A stretch of 64,000 nucleotides of DNA from a virus, in IMG/VR virus record IMGVR_UViG_3300032223_001001, positions 1 to 64,000 of that record; one strand, written 5' to 3'. Each line of letters opens with the position of its first letter. The stretch's first letter is position 1. This document shows, one piece after another, positions 7,848-18,426 of the stretch. The position numbers and the translations under genes were made by a program. Under the pieces are notes generated by a model. That model was not told the DNA's origin. It worked only from the letters and a program-made list of their open reading frames with translations, and made no database searches.

Positions 7848-10733
7848 TTAATAATTTTTATATTTTTTTATGTGCCACACTGGTAGATAAAAACCCGAAT
7901 ACAAATAAGGAAGTATCGCTAACGCAACTTGATTTGTGTGTTTCAACACTGCATCCCTCTGTTGCCTAAATGTTGTAAACAAATCGACAATCTTATCGCC
8001 AATACAATCTGACACTCCGAGTAGCTCCCAATTATTAGTTATTGGTGACCAATAAAAGTCTCTTCCTAAAGAATCCCTAGTTTGAATTAAATCACCAGCA
8101 ATACCAGTTGGCGCTTCCGATATATCATTAACCATAGGTAGAAAAACAAATTGTTCAACACCAGGGAAAATATCATTCAACGATTGACCGCTACAAACTA
8201 CTTCAAACCATTCAGGATATTCAGAATTGTTCCTCCAGTTTTTTAGGTTAACATTTTTAAACCCAACTTTACGCATGATTGTTCCGTTATCCGGATTGGT
8301 TAAATATTTTTCGTAAAATGATAAATTCATTAAATCACTATCTGCAGCACCAGCGTATTTATCAATTAGATTCTGGTTAAGAGCATTATTATACGCATTT
8401 CTAACCGCTCGCCACTCCTCTTCCTTATCATATAGTGACTCACAAACATAATTTTCTATTTCTTCACAAGTCGGATGTAAACGTTTATCATCTAAAAAAT
8501 CAATACCAACCATTGGAAATGGGATATTAAGACTATTCACATCACAAAAACCATCTAATTCACAAACACTATCCTCGTACCCACATGTTACTCCACAACT
8601 AACACAAGAAATATCATAATGAATCACCATGTTAACCAACACTTGCACATCATTATATGATATTTCAGACTCACAATCCGTTTTAATTGTTATCTTGTTG
8701 TTAGGTAAATCTAAAATAACGTTAGTTATACCTGAATAAGTTAAAATTAAGTCCTTAATTGTATTAGCCCATAATTGATCACTAGGATATTCAGTTAATG
8801 TAGTTCCAGTATAAAAAGTAGTACTAGCGGATACCCCACTAATTATAACATTAGCTTCAAAAATAGCTTCATTTAATATACAATTTGCATCACCACTAAT
8901 TAAGTCATAATACCCCTCCACTAACATCTGTAAAGCACCCTTTTTACCTAAAATCCCACTATTTTCAAAAGTATTATCACAAACATTAAATACTTGATAT
9001 GTTGATAAAGAATTTGTTCCAGTTAATGTTATTGATTTTTGTTTATAACATCCCGTATCATCGATCACTTTTAAGGTATAAGTACCAGCACTTAAATTGG
9101 TTACGGTTGCACCAGTTTGCCCATTAACATTTGGACTCCATTGATATGTAAAGGTTGGTTCACCATCTGTAATAAACGCACTAATCGACCCATTCCCACA
9201 ACTACTATTTTCAGATATTAATATAAAATCCACCGGTGTTGAAGATGGAACATAAACAGTTCCCTTAAATCTACATCCGTCACTAGTATCGGTGATTGTA
9301 TACGTATAATCATCACTAGCTAAGTTGTTATACATTAAAGTAGTTAATGGTGATACAAACGTCGATTGACCTTCAAAATCATATTCATAAGGACCAGTAC
9401 CTCCGGAAATAACAAATTCAACATATCCATTATTATTCCCACAAGTTGTTCCCGTAATATTCGTTTCAACTTCAAAACTATATTCATTCTCAATAACAAC
9501 TTCTTGTGTTACATTACAATCCCCACCAACAATAGTTAATTGATAAGTACCCGCCAATAAATTAGTGAAATTCCAACTAGAATTAGTGGTTGTTTGTGTT
9601 AGCACACCCCCATGATCATTTTCTAACGTATACACATAATTAAGACTACCACCATTCAGCACAATATTGATACTACCCCCATTATTAAAACAAGTCGCAT
9701 TTGTTTTAGATATTGAAGTAATAGAAAAACCATTTGGTGTTATTAAATTAGTATTTGTGGTAAATGTACATAAAGCCGCGTCAGTTACAGCAATTGAAAA
9801 GAGTCCTGCTGCCAAATTATTGAATGTATGGGTTTTGGAAAATGATATTTCCACGCTACCATTAGAACCTGAATAATAATACGGAGCCGTTCCCCCAACA
9901 ATCACAATGGTAATACTACCATCATTGCTCATACAACTTGGTGGCGAAGAAAAAATCGACCCTAGAGCCACGTCTGGAACTGTTGAAATAAACCCAGTTT
10001 TTGATACCGCACACCCAGTTGAATCCGTCACGGTTACCGAATATGAACCAGGGGTTAACCCAGTTATATTGTCTGTTATTTCCTCGTTTGACCAAGAATA
10101 AGAATATGGTGGGTTACCAGTTAGACCAGTAACGAAAATTTTACCCATTCCATCACTAGAACAACCTGAATCATTTACAATATATAAACCATAATCAACG
10201 GTTGTTGATGATTTTATTATACATGTTTCACTTTTAGCAATACATCCACCACCATCATTCACCATCACGTAATACGTTGAGGCGGATAAACTAGTAAAAG
10301 TATATTGACTAGTAGAGGTACTGGCCGAACTTAAAAACCCATTTATATTGTCATACAGACTAAACGTATTGTTAGCGTTAGAATTAGTCATTCCAACGGT
10401 TAAAGATCCGTTATTATTCCCACAAACGGTATCTGTATGTTCGATAACACTAACACAAGTACCACTAGATACTAACGCTCTAACTAATAATTGATTATTG
10501 GTTGGTGTACAAGTATCTTGAATATAAAACGAATAATTTCCAGCCGGAAGATCGGTTCTAGTATACCCACTAACCGATTCCCCCAATATAATAACATCCG
10601 TAAAAGGTGATACCCAGGTTATTATATAATCGGACGGAGTAATATCACCATATATATCAACATGGATAGCTCCGGAACTTGTTGATAAACAATCCCCTGA
10701 AACCGATAAAATATATGACAAATTACACGCCAT
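7848..10733 (-). CDS. SprB-repeat adhesin-like virion protein with C-terminal domain Y
   Basis: Multiple repeats of C..NNGSI.....GGT.PY.Y.W...L.AG.Y...V.D..GC. Confidence 0.75.
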   Translation of the reverse strand: MACNLSYILSVSGDCLSTSSGAIHVDIYGDITPSDYIITWVSPFTDVIILGESVSGYTRTDLPAGNYSFYIQDTCTPTNNQLLVRALVSSGTCVSVIEHTDTVCGNNNGSLTVGMTNSNANNTFSLYDNINGFLSSASTSTSQYTFTSLSASTYYVMVNDGGGCIAKSETCIIKSSTTVDYGLYIVNDSGCSSDGMGKIFVTGLTGNPPYSYSWSNEEITDNITGLTPGSYSVTVTDSTGCAVSKTGFISTVPDVALGSIFSSPPSCMSNDGSITIVIVGGTAPYYYSGSNGSVEISFSKTHTFNNLAAGLFSIAVTDAALCTFTTNTNLITPNGFSITSISKTNATCFNNGGSINIVLNGGSLNYVYTLENDHGGVLTQTTTNSSWNFTNLLAGTYQLTIVGGDCNVTQEVVIENEYSFEVETNITGTTCGNNNGYVEFVISGGTGPYEYDFEGQSTFVSPLTTLMYNNLASDDYTYTITDTSDGCRFKGTVYVPSSTPVDFILISENSSCGNGSISAFITDGEPTFTYQWSPNVNGQTGATVTNLSAGTYTLKVIDDTGCYKQKSITLTGTNSLSTYQVFNVCDNTFENSGILGKKGALQMLVEGYYDLISGDANCILNEAIFEANVIISGVSASTTFYTGTTLTEYPSDQLWANTIKDLILTYSGITNVILDLPNNKITIKTDCESEISYNDVQVLVNMVIHYDISCVSCGVTCGYEDSVCELDGFCDVNSLNIPFPMVGIDFLDDKRLHPTCEEIENYVCESLYDKEEEWRAVRNAYNNALNQNLIDKYAGAADSDLMNLSFYEKYLTNPDNGTIMRKVGFKNVNLKNWRNNSEYPEWFEVVCSGQSLNDIFPGVEQFVFLPMVNDISEAPTGIAGDLIQTRDSLGRDFYWSPITNNWELLGVSDCIGDKIVDLFTTFRQQRDAVLKHTNQVALAILPYLYSGFYLPVWHIKKYKNY

Positions 10734-13700
10734 TAATTACATAAAATTTCAAAATTTATTCCAACATTAATACTAATATTAACACCCGTATCATCCATCG
10801 AACAAATGGTATTGTATATATTAACATTGTCACCTTCGGTTAAATAATAGTCATAACCATAGATTTCTAAAGTGTCCAATGAATTCATTAACGCAATCTT
10901 CCAGTCATTATTTGTTGGTGAACTTAAAGATGGGTTACTATATCCTATACCGGTGAAAAATTCATCCGTAACAATATTAACCCCATCGATCCGAATATCA
11001 ACAAACCATTTAGTGACTAACGCGTTTAGATTATAATCCGATAAAGTTTTACCTTGACTTGTTAAATATTGTGTTAACGTGTATCCTAACATACCCCCAA
11101 AATTGTTTACAGAAGGAACATTATCCCATGGGAAAACTGGACACTCAACATCTTGAATTGGACAATCATATGTATAGATATTTGCCGTTAATTCACAAGG
11201 TAAACATTGAACTGGCACAATTTGACAACCTCCTTGTCTTCTCCACGCAAATTTTTGACGATGAAAAACAGTGTTTTCGTATCTAACACCAGTATTCCAT
11301 AAAGTTGACGCTGGAAACATTTGTTCTACTAATCTAACCCAATAACTACCCATACCATCAATATATTCCATCATATTTTGATAGTTGAAGTTATTGTTTT
11401 GAATTCCCACCAAATTTTCAGATTCAACATATTTCCAGAAGATGGATATCAATGTTGGATAACTCCCACTATTACCACCAGAAATAAATTGACGACTACG
11501 CACATTAATCATGTTTTTCCAAAATGATTGTGCGAACTCAAAAAATGTATTATTTTTAGGTTGTGGATTAATTTCTGTCCAATCAACACCACCACGACTA
11601 GGATACTCTATTGTAAAAGGACCATTACCATAACGAATTGTCTGAGGATCATTCCCCTTTAACCCGTCGTTTGGTATTGGATAATTATATTGCCTGGACA
11701 TATGCCAAATATCATATAAAATACCTTGACCAGGATTCAAAAATAAATCAATATTTTTTACGTTTAACACAAGGCGATCATCTTCCACAAAATATTTTGC
11801 GTTGTAACCAGCATCAATGTTTTTACGTAAATTAACTTCACCAACCCCCCAACTTTTATTATTATCAACCATTTTAGTTAACCTAAAACCAAGATCGGTA
11901 TATGGTAAACTTCTATATTTGTTTAGATAATCTTCTCCATATACATAAGGTTTAAGTGTTGTTTGATACGTTGGATTTTGACCGGTAAATACCGTATTGG
12001 TTAAGTCCACCATTTCATTGGCACGATGGGAAGGTGTTTGTTCAAACCATCCACTACCCATTTCAAAAAAGTAGTCGTCACTAGCCGTCGGCATTTGTGG
12101 ATAACCATATTCATCCATCGGATATTCATCAATACTTATATTTACATCGGAATATATCGATTGTGTCGTAAACCCAGTATAAGTTTGACCAAAAATATTA
12201 AATGTATAACTAGAATCATAAACCGGCAATTCTTGTAGATATGTTCCACCTGAAATACTCGCAAATTGCGTGTTGAATTCATCCATGTTTATTTTTTGAT
12301 CTGCTAAATACACATATTCATTGAAGTCAACCAACGCTTCTGGAGCACCAATTAACTTCATTAATATTTCAACAGATTTTCTAGTACCTTTTGACTTAAA
12401 TAAGTAAGCTGAATTTAATACAATATTTCTATAAAATTGATAATTTAATTCATCCGGAGTTTTTGTTGTGTTCTGTCCCGGAAAAACAGATTTTTCTTGA
12501 TTTTTTTGACCAAAAACTGAACTTAATAGTTCATCATTTGTTATTGGACTCATTTTAATATCCCAACCCAATGTTTGGGCCAAATTCTTTAATAATTGTG
12601 AAGGAATATCGTTACCAACATTATAGTTAACCGAATTCATGTACGCCAATGCATCAATAAATTTCTTAACTTGATCGAAATTTCGACCATATAACTGTAA
12701 CACCTTCTGTACTTTTTGTCCCGTAGTATCAAACTCGTTAAACGCACCGGTAGTTAAAAACCTAGACACTAAATTGGTCTTATATTCGTCAAAATTTTGA
12801 CTAATAGCGTTTAGTTCAGTTAAATACGTGTTAAAAGTACTAGAAATAATATCTAAATTCCATAAACCCAATATTGGCCATGTTAATTGCGTATTTTTGG
12901 TATAATAATCACCATTATCATTCATTTTAGGTATACTAAACACCGCAGTATATTTTGGTGATATATCCCTATTTAATAAAAATTTCTCAACTTCATCAAA
13001 AACTTCATTATACACCTTATTAACCTCGTAGTCATTTGGTCGGATAATAAAATTCGCTGAAGTAGTGTTTTGACCATTAAATGGATTCCCGGTAACATAA
13101 ATAGTTAAATACCCCTGGGTTAAATATTCTGAAGGAATTATTCGTACCAACGAATAACCCATATCATCGATATATAATGAATAACTAGTAGTTCCGGTAG
13201 TTAAATTCCTCAATGGTGATACCTGCACTTCCCTTAACGATAAGTTACGACTAGCATTAACACTAAAATCAATATCAAACGGATTTTTAATACGACTCAA
13301 TGGTAAATCAAACTTCGTTTGATCCGCTATTTCATTATACTCAATATTAATAGCCGTATTACCACTAACAAAATCATTACCATATGTTAACGATTCAAGT
13401 GCCGCCGGGAAATTATTAATGATGTTTTCAATCGAAGATGATATTCTTTTAACCATCGACCCATATAACGTAAAATTAGTTATCTGGGATAAATCAAAAT
13501 TAGGATATACTTTATAATTATTCTCAAAAATAGCTTTACCTTGATTAACATCATCCATACCCATATCATCCAAATTGATAGGATTGGAAAAAACCCCAGT
13601 CGTAAATTCACGATTGGTTTTTTCAGTAATCGAATTCGTAAACTCAAAATTACCTTGTGTTAATCCACCCCCCTGAACCAATTGAAATCCAACCAGGTTG

Positions 13701-13759
13701 TCGGAAAAAGTTCCACTACCTGACGCGGTTTGAGGAGGACAAGTATATTTTTTAGCCAT
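10733..13759 (-). CDS. Baseplate wedge protein (T4 gp7 / P2 gpI-like core)
   Basis: LLKNLAQTLGW...AYLFKSKGTRKSVEILMKLIG motif; downstream of gp25/gp6. Confidence 0.6.
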   Translation of the reverse strand: MAKKYTCPPQTASGSGTFSDNLVGFQLVQGGGLTQGNFEFTNSITEKTNREFTTGVFSNPINLDDMGMDDVNQGKAIFENNYKVYPNFDLSQITNFTLYGSMVKRISSSIENIINNFPAALESLTYGNDFVSGNTAINIEYNEIADQTKFDLPLSRIKNPFDIDFSVNASRNLSLREVQVSPLRNLTTGTTSYSLYIDDMGYSLVRIIPSEYLTQGYLTIYVTGNPFNGQNTTSANFIIRPNDYEVNKVYNEVFDEVEKFLLNRDISPKYTAVFSIPKMNDNGDYYTKNTQLTWPILGLWNLDIISSTFNTYLTELNAISQNFDEYKTNLVSRFLTTGAFNEFDTTGQKVQKVLQLYGRNFDQVKKFIDALAYMNSVNYNVGNDIPSQLLKNLAQTLGWDIKMSPITNDELLSSVFGQKNQEKSVFPGQNTTKTPDELNYQFYRNIVLNSAYLFKSKGTRKSVEILMKLIGAPEALVDFNEYVYLADQKINMDEFNTQFASISGGTYLQELPVYDSSYTFNIFGQTYTGFTTQSIYSDVNISIDEYPMDEYGYPQMPTASDDYFFEMGSGWFEQTPSHRANEMVDLTNTVFTGQNPTYQTTLKPYVYGEDYLNKYRSLPYTDLGFRLTKMVDNNKSWGVGEVNLRKNIDAGYNAKYFVEDDRLVLNVKNIDLFLNPGQGILYDIWHMSRQYNYPIPNDGLKGNDPQTIRYGNGPFTIEYPSRGGVDWTEINPQPKNNTFFEFAQSFWKNMINVRSRQFISGGNSGSYPTLISIFWKYVESENLVGIQNNNFNYQNMMEYIDGMGSYWVRLVEQMFPASTLWNTGVRYENTVFHRQKFAWRRQGGCQIVPVQCLPCELTANIYTYDCPIQDVECPVFPWDNVPSVNNFGGMLGYTLTQYLTSQGKTLSDYNLNALVTKWFVDIRIDGVNIVTDEFFTGIGYSNPSLSSPTNNDWKIALMNSLDTLEIYGYDYYLTEGDNVNIYNTICSMDDTGVNISINVGINFEILCN

Positions 13760-14667
13760 TATTCCGTAATATTTGTGAAGTTTTTACTAAAATCAATGTT
13801 ATTACCTCTATCTTGACGTACTTCATATAACAAGTTGTTAAATTGATCACGAATTTCATAAAGGTTATATTGTTTGTAAATATTATTATCTTTATCGTAA
13901 ATAGTATAAACACCATCATCCATAGATTTCGTTTGGTTACCATACAATGCAATTGCCAACGTTGAAATATCATGTTCAACCATTTCAATATCCACAGTTA
14001 TTGGATTAAAGAATGTATTTGTTATAATAATATTTTGATCTGGTTGACCGATATATGGTGTAGACAACGGATTATTCGTTGGTGATGATGATGGTGATAG
14101 TGTGCAAAATATTAAATTCGTATTAGTTTGAGTATATCTATAACGTATCGCTTTTTGAGACGTATTCGTTAAATTCTGTACAACTGGTTCACAAAAAAAT
14201 GATGTTGTTATCATTCTGAAAAAATTAGGTATTTTCGTACCATCCGAATTAAGATATTCAATACGAAAACCAACAAGTCCTTGATTAACAAACTTATTTC
14301 TATATTCTGAAGGAACATTCGTTAAATCAATAACAATACCCTTAACGTTTGGAAGTGCGGATAAAACACCACAATCCAAAATTTTTGTCCTAATTTGTGC
14401 AGGTCTAATCATTAAGGTATATATACCCAATTTATTAAATTCATCTGCTGGTAATTTTAAGTTATACAACCCACCTAAAATTTCAACATTTGCGTTACCT
14501 CCCGTGTTAGCATTGTTAAAATATGGACGTAATATCGATTTCGCATCCAATTTTTTAAGTACGAAATTATCGGTATCATCCCTAGATGGTGTATAATTCA
14601 TGATTATTTCAACATCTTCAGGGGATACATCCGCACTCCTAACATTACCATAACTTGAAATTGCCAT
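13759..14667 (-). CDS. Hypothetical structural protein
   Basis: 302-aa ORF coupled to the next gene, preceded by the TATTTAT motif. Confidence 0.6.
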   Translation of the reverse strand: MAISSYGNVRSADVSPEDVEIIMNYTPSRDDTDNFVLKKLDAKSILRPYFNNANTGGNANVEILGGLYNLKLPADEFNKLGIYTLMIRPAQIRTKILDCGVLSALPNVKGIVIDLTNVPSEYRNKFVNQGLVGFRIEYLNSDGTKIPNFFRMITTSFFCEPVVQNLTNTSQKAIRYRYTQTNTNLIFCTLSPSSSPTNNPLSTPYIGQPDQNIIITNTFFNPITVDIEMVEHDISTLAIALYGNQTKSMDDGVYTIYDKDNNIYKQYNLYEIRDQFNNLLYEVRQDRGNNIDFSKNFTNITE

Positions 14668-14707
14668 CCTCTATACTTTATTAATAAATATGTTATTTAT
14701 GATTTTT

Positions 14708-15898
14708 CTAAACTTTATTAATTTTGAAAAATCCATATCCATACGAGGTTAAGCCACCCATATTAAAAACTTCATTCAATCGTTGGATTGGTTCTAAAGC
14801 AGAATATTTACCTCGTTCAATGAATATATCCGATTGAACTTCAGGTTGATCATAAACACCCATTAAGAATTCCTCCTTAACTATCGGTTCACACACCAAA
14901 TCATTCGCCGTTAAACCAGATGAATAAACCGCAAACATCGTAGTTCCATCTGGATAATCATAATAATCAATTTCATTAATTGTATAGCCAGTATATGTAT
15001 TGTTAACATCCGGTCCCCAAAAAGTCCCAACCACACCAGTTGACCCTGTAACCGGTTCACCCAACTTAAATTTACCACCATATAATAAAGACTTATTACC
15101 ATAAACCGATAAGTCATTCATACTCGAGTTCGTGTACCCAGTAACTAAAAATGGTGTCTGAACATAATTGCTACTAACATGTAGATCAACATCACAATCC
15201 GAATCACCACTGAAAATATAAGCATAATCGATTGGAGTCCCAGACCAACCACCCCCAGCAGGATAAAACGTTATTTCACCATTCGGATTATCAATAACAA
15301 CATTACTATAAGGTACTAAAACCTGTTTCTTAATCATACTGACACCAAATGGACTAGACCCCGATAAAGTTATAGTATATTGACCATTTTGGGGGTATGT
15401 ATGTTGTTTATAGTCGGGACTAACATTTCCCAATATTTCCGTGGGACTACCATCCCCCCAATCCAAAATAAAATCAAAATTGGTTAAATAATTCTTAAAC
15501 GCAACATCGGACGTATTATAAACATAATATGTATTGGGAGCAGAAACACTTCCCGAAAATAAAAAATTAGTAACAACATCCTTCTGAACTACCGCACCAT
15601 CAAAAACAGAATAATACCCCATATCCGTATAATTTTCAGTTATTAAAATCGGTATGGTTAAACCAGTTAATAGTGAACTACCATTTGTTCCACCAGACAA
15701 TATCGTTGAAAATGGTGGTTGATAATCACTAACCCCATTAGGAAAAACAGTTTGACCCGTTAAAATAATATCACAACATTCTTCATAGGAATATTCATCG
15801 TAATACGAATCCCCCGTATACGGAACTTTAAGATATTTCTTCAATATCACTTCCGGTGATATTTTTATTTTATACTTATTAGGCATTAACATATTCAA
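14708..15898 (-). CDS. PKD-domain-containing structural protein
   Basis: LDWGDGSP...HTYPQNGQYTITL. Confidence 0.6.
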   Translation of the reverse strand: MNMLMPNKYKIKISPEVILKKYLKVPYTGDSYYDEYSYEECCDIILTGQTVFPNGVSDYQPPFSTILSGGTNGSSLLTGLTIPILITENYTDMGYYSVFDGAVVQKDVVTNFLFSGSVSAPNTYYVYNTSDVAFKNYLTNFDFILDWGDGSPTEILGNVSPDYKQHTYPQNGQYTITLSGSSPFGVSMIKKQVLVPYSNVVIDNPNGEITFYPAGGGWSGTPIDYAYIFSGDSDCDVDLHVSSNYVQTPFLVTGYTNSSMNDLSVYGNKSLLYGGKFKLGEPVTGSTGVVGTFWGPDVNNTYTGYTINEIDYYDYPDGTTMFAVYSSGLTANDLVCEPIVKEEFLMGVYDQPEVQSDIFIERGKYSALEPIQRLNEVFNMGGLTSYGYGFFKINKV

Positions 15899-16682
15899 AC
15901 CAGTTTATGGGATTTCCCTCCCCAATTCTATTATTTGTCGCAGTATCATATAAACTATATGTCCTATTGGAATAGTCTAATACAGTTTTAACATAAAATA
16001 AATTATTGTTAAACTGAAATTTATTCGGTAACGTAGCTTGAGGTACAGTCATCATCTTAACAAACACCCCCAAACTAGCATCAAAAAATTTAACACCCAT
16101 ATAAAACGTATCAATATCAATAAACGTCTTTTTTCTTAACCAATATATAAAAAACCCTTCTTTATTTTTAAGATAATCCATAATAAAATAAGGTGTGTTA
16201 ACCATCGATTTGTGTGTTGTCGATCCGCTAATTTCCTCTAATCTACCATTAATAACCGGTAGTATAACCGTGAAATAATTGGTTTGTTGGGATTCATCCA
16301 TTGTATCATAAAAATCCAATTTATAAAAAGACTTTATAAATGGTTTTTGTTTATACGTCAATTGATTATAATTAAAGACACTACCATAATATGTATTTAC
16401 CCAGTTATTAACTGTTGAAGCACTAACGGATGTATTACCACTATAAAAATTAAAGGAATATTTTAACTCCGTTTTTTGTTTTTGACTATACTCCTTATGG
16501 GCGAATCTAAATACCTCAAAATCATCCGCACTACCAATGATATCTTTAACAACACCTTCTTCGTATTGTGAAATACCATCCTCAACCCCCAAATAATCCC
16601 ATTGTATTTCAACCGGAATATCCAAAAACTTTTGAGTATCACTCAACCTAAATTTATAACTATTATTATTCACAATTGTCAA
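15879..16682 (-). CDS. Hypothetical structural protein
   Basis: Overlapping ORF in the baseplate operon. Confidence 0.55.
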   Translation of the reverse strand: MTIVNNNSYKFRLSDTQKFLDIPVEIQWDYLGVEDGISQYEEGVVKDIIGSADDFEVFRFAHKEYSQKQKTELKYSFNFYSGNTSVSASTVNNWVNTYYGSVFNYNQLTYKQKPFIKSFYKLDFYDTMDESQQTNYFTVILPVINGRLEEISGSTTHKSMVNTPYFIMDYLKNKEGFFIYWLRKKTFIDIDTFYMGVKFFDASLGVFVKMMTVPQATLPNKFQFNNNLFYVKTVLDYSNRTYSLYDTATNNRIGEGNPINWFEYVNA

Positions 16683-18426
16683 TTAAAGGTGTTCCCACCA
16701 AATTATTATCAATATAATTAGTACCTTCAGGAATTAACCTGAAAATTATATCTCTATAAGGATAATGTACCCCATTGAAAAATGGAAAATTAACACCATT
16801 ACCCTTTTCATCAATATACCCATATGAATACTTATCCTTCCATCTAAAAACATTTTTAGTGGTTGAATATAAGGCCCAATCTGGTATACCCGCAACATTC
16901 TTCTTATCACCCTCCTCAATATAATCCGAAAATTCCCCGATTTTTAAGGAGTGGTGGGAATTATAATAATACCCCAATTGATTTTTTCCAAAAGATGGTC
17001 CAGCGGGGTTGCCAATATTAAAATGATAAGGATTAAACGTTATCTTATGATACATCGGAGAAACAACACGTTCCGTCTGGTCATACATATTCCATTCACA
17101 ATAATCCCCCTCAACAATATCATTAGTAACCACAGGTTTAACATAACTAAAAGGCTTCGTAACCCCAGGTTTAGTATAAGTTAAAATACTTAATGTGGAA
17201 TCCGAAGCGGTATTAGCAACATTCCACCAGGAACTAGGCACATTATTAACACTAGTGGTCGGTTGAATATTAAACGAATAACCCTTCTTCAATGGACCAG
17301 TACCCATTGTCCAACCAAAATAACCCTTCCAAATTATTGTGTAAAATAATTCAGTTATCGGTCTTTTTTGATTGTCAACCAACCCATTAATATTCACATC
17401 TTTTTCAAAAGATAAAGAATATACCAAATTATCTTCCTTATAAGACACCACATTCTGTTTGTTGGGAGTATAGGTTGATTTGTTAAATTGTTTTTTCTTA
17501 TTATAAACTGTTTGTTCAAACGCAATTTTACCTAAAACAAGTTCCGATTCATTGGTTAATATTTTATTACGACGAATATAATACGTTGAAATGGTATCGT
17601 CGGGATAATTTATGTCAATAACCCTTTTCATTGTACCAGTAGCCCCAGAACTAAATGTTGTACCAGTAAACCCAGTTTCATGAATATTAAAAATGGTTAA
17701 CTCTGAATTGTGAAAACCATCCCCTAAAGAAGATACTTCAAAAATATCTTGTCCATCATAATTAAAATTTAATTTTACGTATTCACCAACTTTAAGGCCA
17801 TGATTCACCAAACACTTAAACGATATTTCACCAGTTAAATTCCGACGAATAATAAATGGAATACCATCCGATACCTTCCAATTAATGGTGGTATTCGTAA
17901 CCGAATCAACACCTTGCATAGGTTGTTCATAATCATTGTCATATGCGTAACTTAAATAAACACCCCAATTATAGGTGGTAGCACTACGTTGAATAAAATC
18001 AACATGTACTTTATTTAATTCATCCGATTGTGTATACCCACTAATTTCAAAATCCGTTCGCATAAAATCAAACTCGTTATTAGATGGAAACCCACTATAA
18101 ACAATATTAGAACTACCACTACATAGTTTATCAAGTAAACTAGTGACATTCACAAAATAAAGTGAATTAGCAAATGGGGTGTACTTAGCTTCACCAACAT
18201 ATGAATTCTTAAAGTATAACGCAATCTTCCCAGTTGGTCTAAATATAGTTGACGATTGTCGTTCATCATCATATACCTGTGCCAAATCAATATTAATTGA
18301 TCGGTTGTACTCAACATTTTCTTTATATGATTGAATAAACGGAATCTTCAAGGATGAATCAACATTTGTTGCTGACTTATACCTTAAAGACCCTAAAACT
18401 ATCGTACTATCTATACTATTACCCAT
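16666..18426 (-). CDS. Hypothetical structural protein
   Basis: 586-aa ORF coupled to neighbours; HGLKVGEYVKL beta-barrel-like motif. Confidence 0.55.
   Translation of the reverse strand: MGNSIDSTIVLGSLRYKSATNVDSSLKIPFIQSYKENVEYNRSINIDLAQVYDDERQSSTIFRPTGKIALYFKNSYVGEAKYTPFANSLYFVNVTSLLDKLCSGSSNIVYSGFPSNNEFDFMRTDFEISGYTQSDELNKVHVDFIQRSATTYNWGVYLSYAYDNDYEQPMQGVDSVTNTTINWKVSDGIPFIIRRNLTGEISFKCLVNHGLKVGEYVKLNFNYDGQDIFEVSSLGDGFHNSELTIFNIHETGFTGTTFSSGATGTMKRVIDINYPDDTISTYYIRRNKILTNESELVLGKIAFEQTVYNKKKQFNKSTYTPNKQNVVSYKEDNLVYSLSFEKDVNINGLVDNQKRPITELFYTIIWKGYFGWTMGTGPLKKGYSFNIQPTTSVNNVPSSWWNVANTASDSTLSILTYTKPGVTKPFSYVKPVVTNDIVEGDYCEWNMYDQTERVVSPMYHKITFNPYHFNIGNPAGPSFGKNQLGYYYNSHHSLKIGEFSDYIEEGDKKNVAGIPDWALYSTTKNVFRWKDKYSYGYIDEKGNGVNFPFFNGVHYPYRDIIFRLIPEGTNYIDNNLVGTPLIDNCE

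Noticed and set aside
5687-8600. Diversity-generating retroelement as the explanation for the paralogous segments
   Set aside because: Similarity is at protein level with differences at non-adenine positions, and there is no reverse transcriptase in the window
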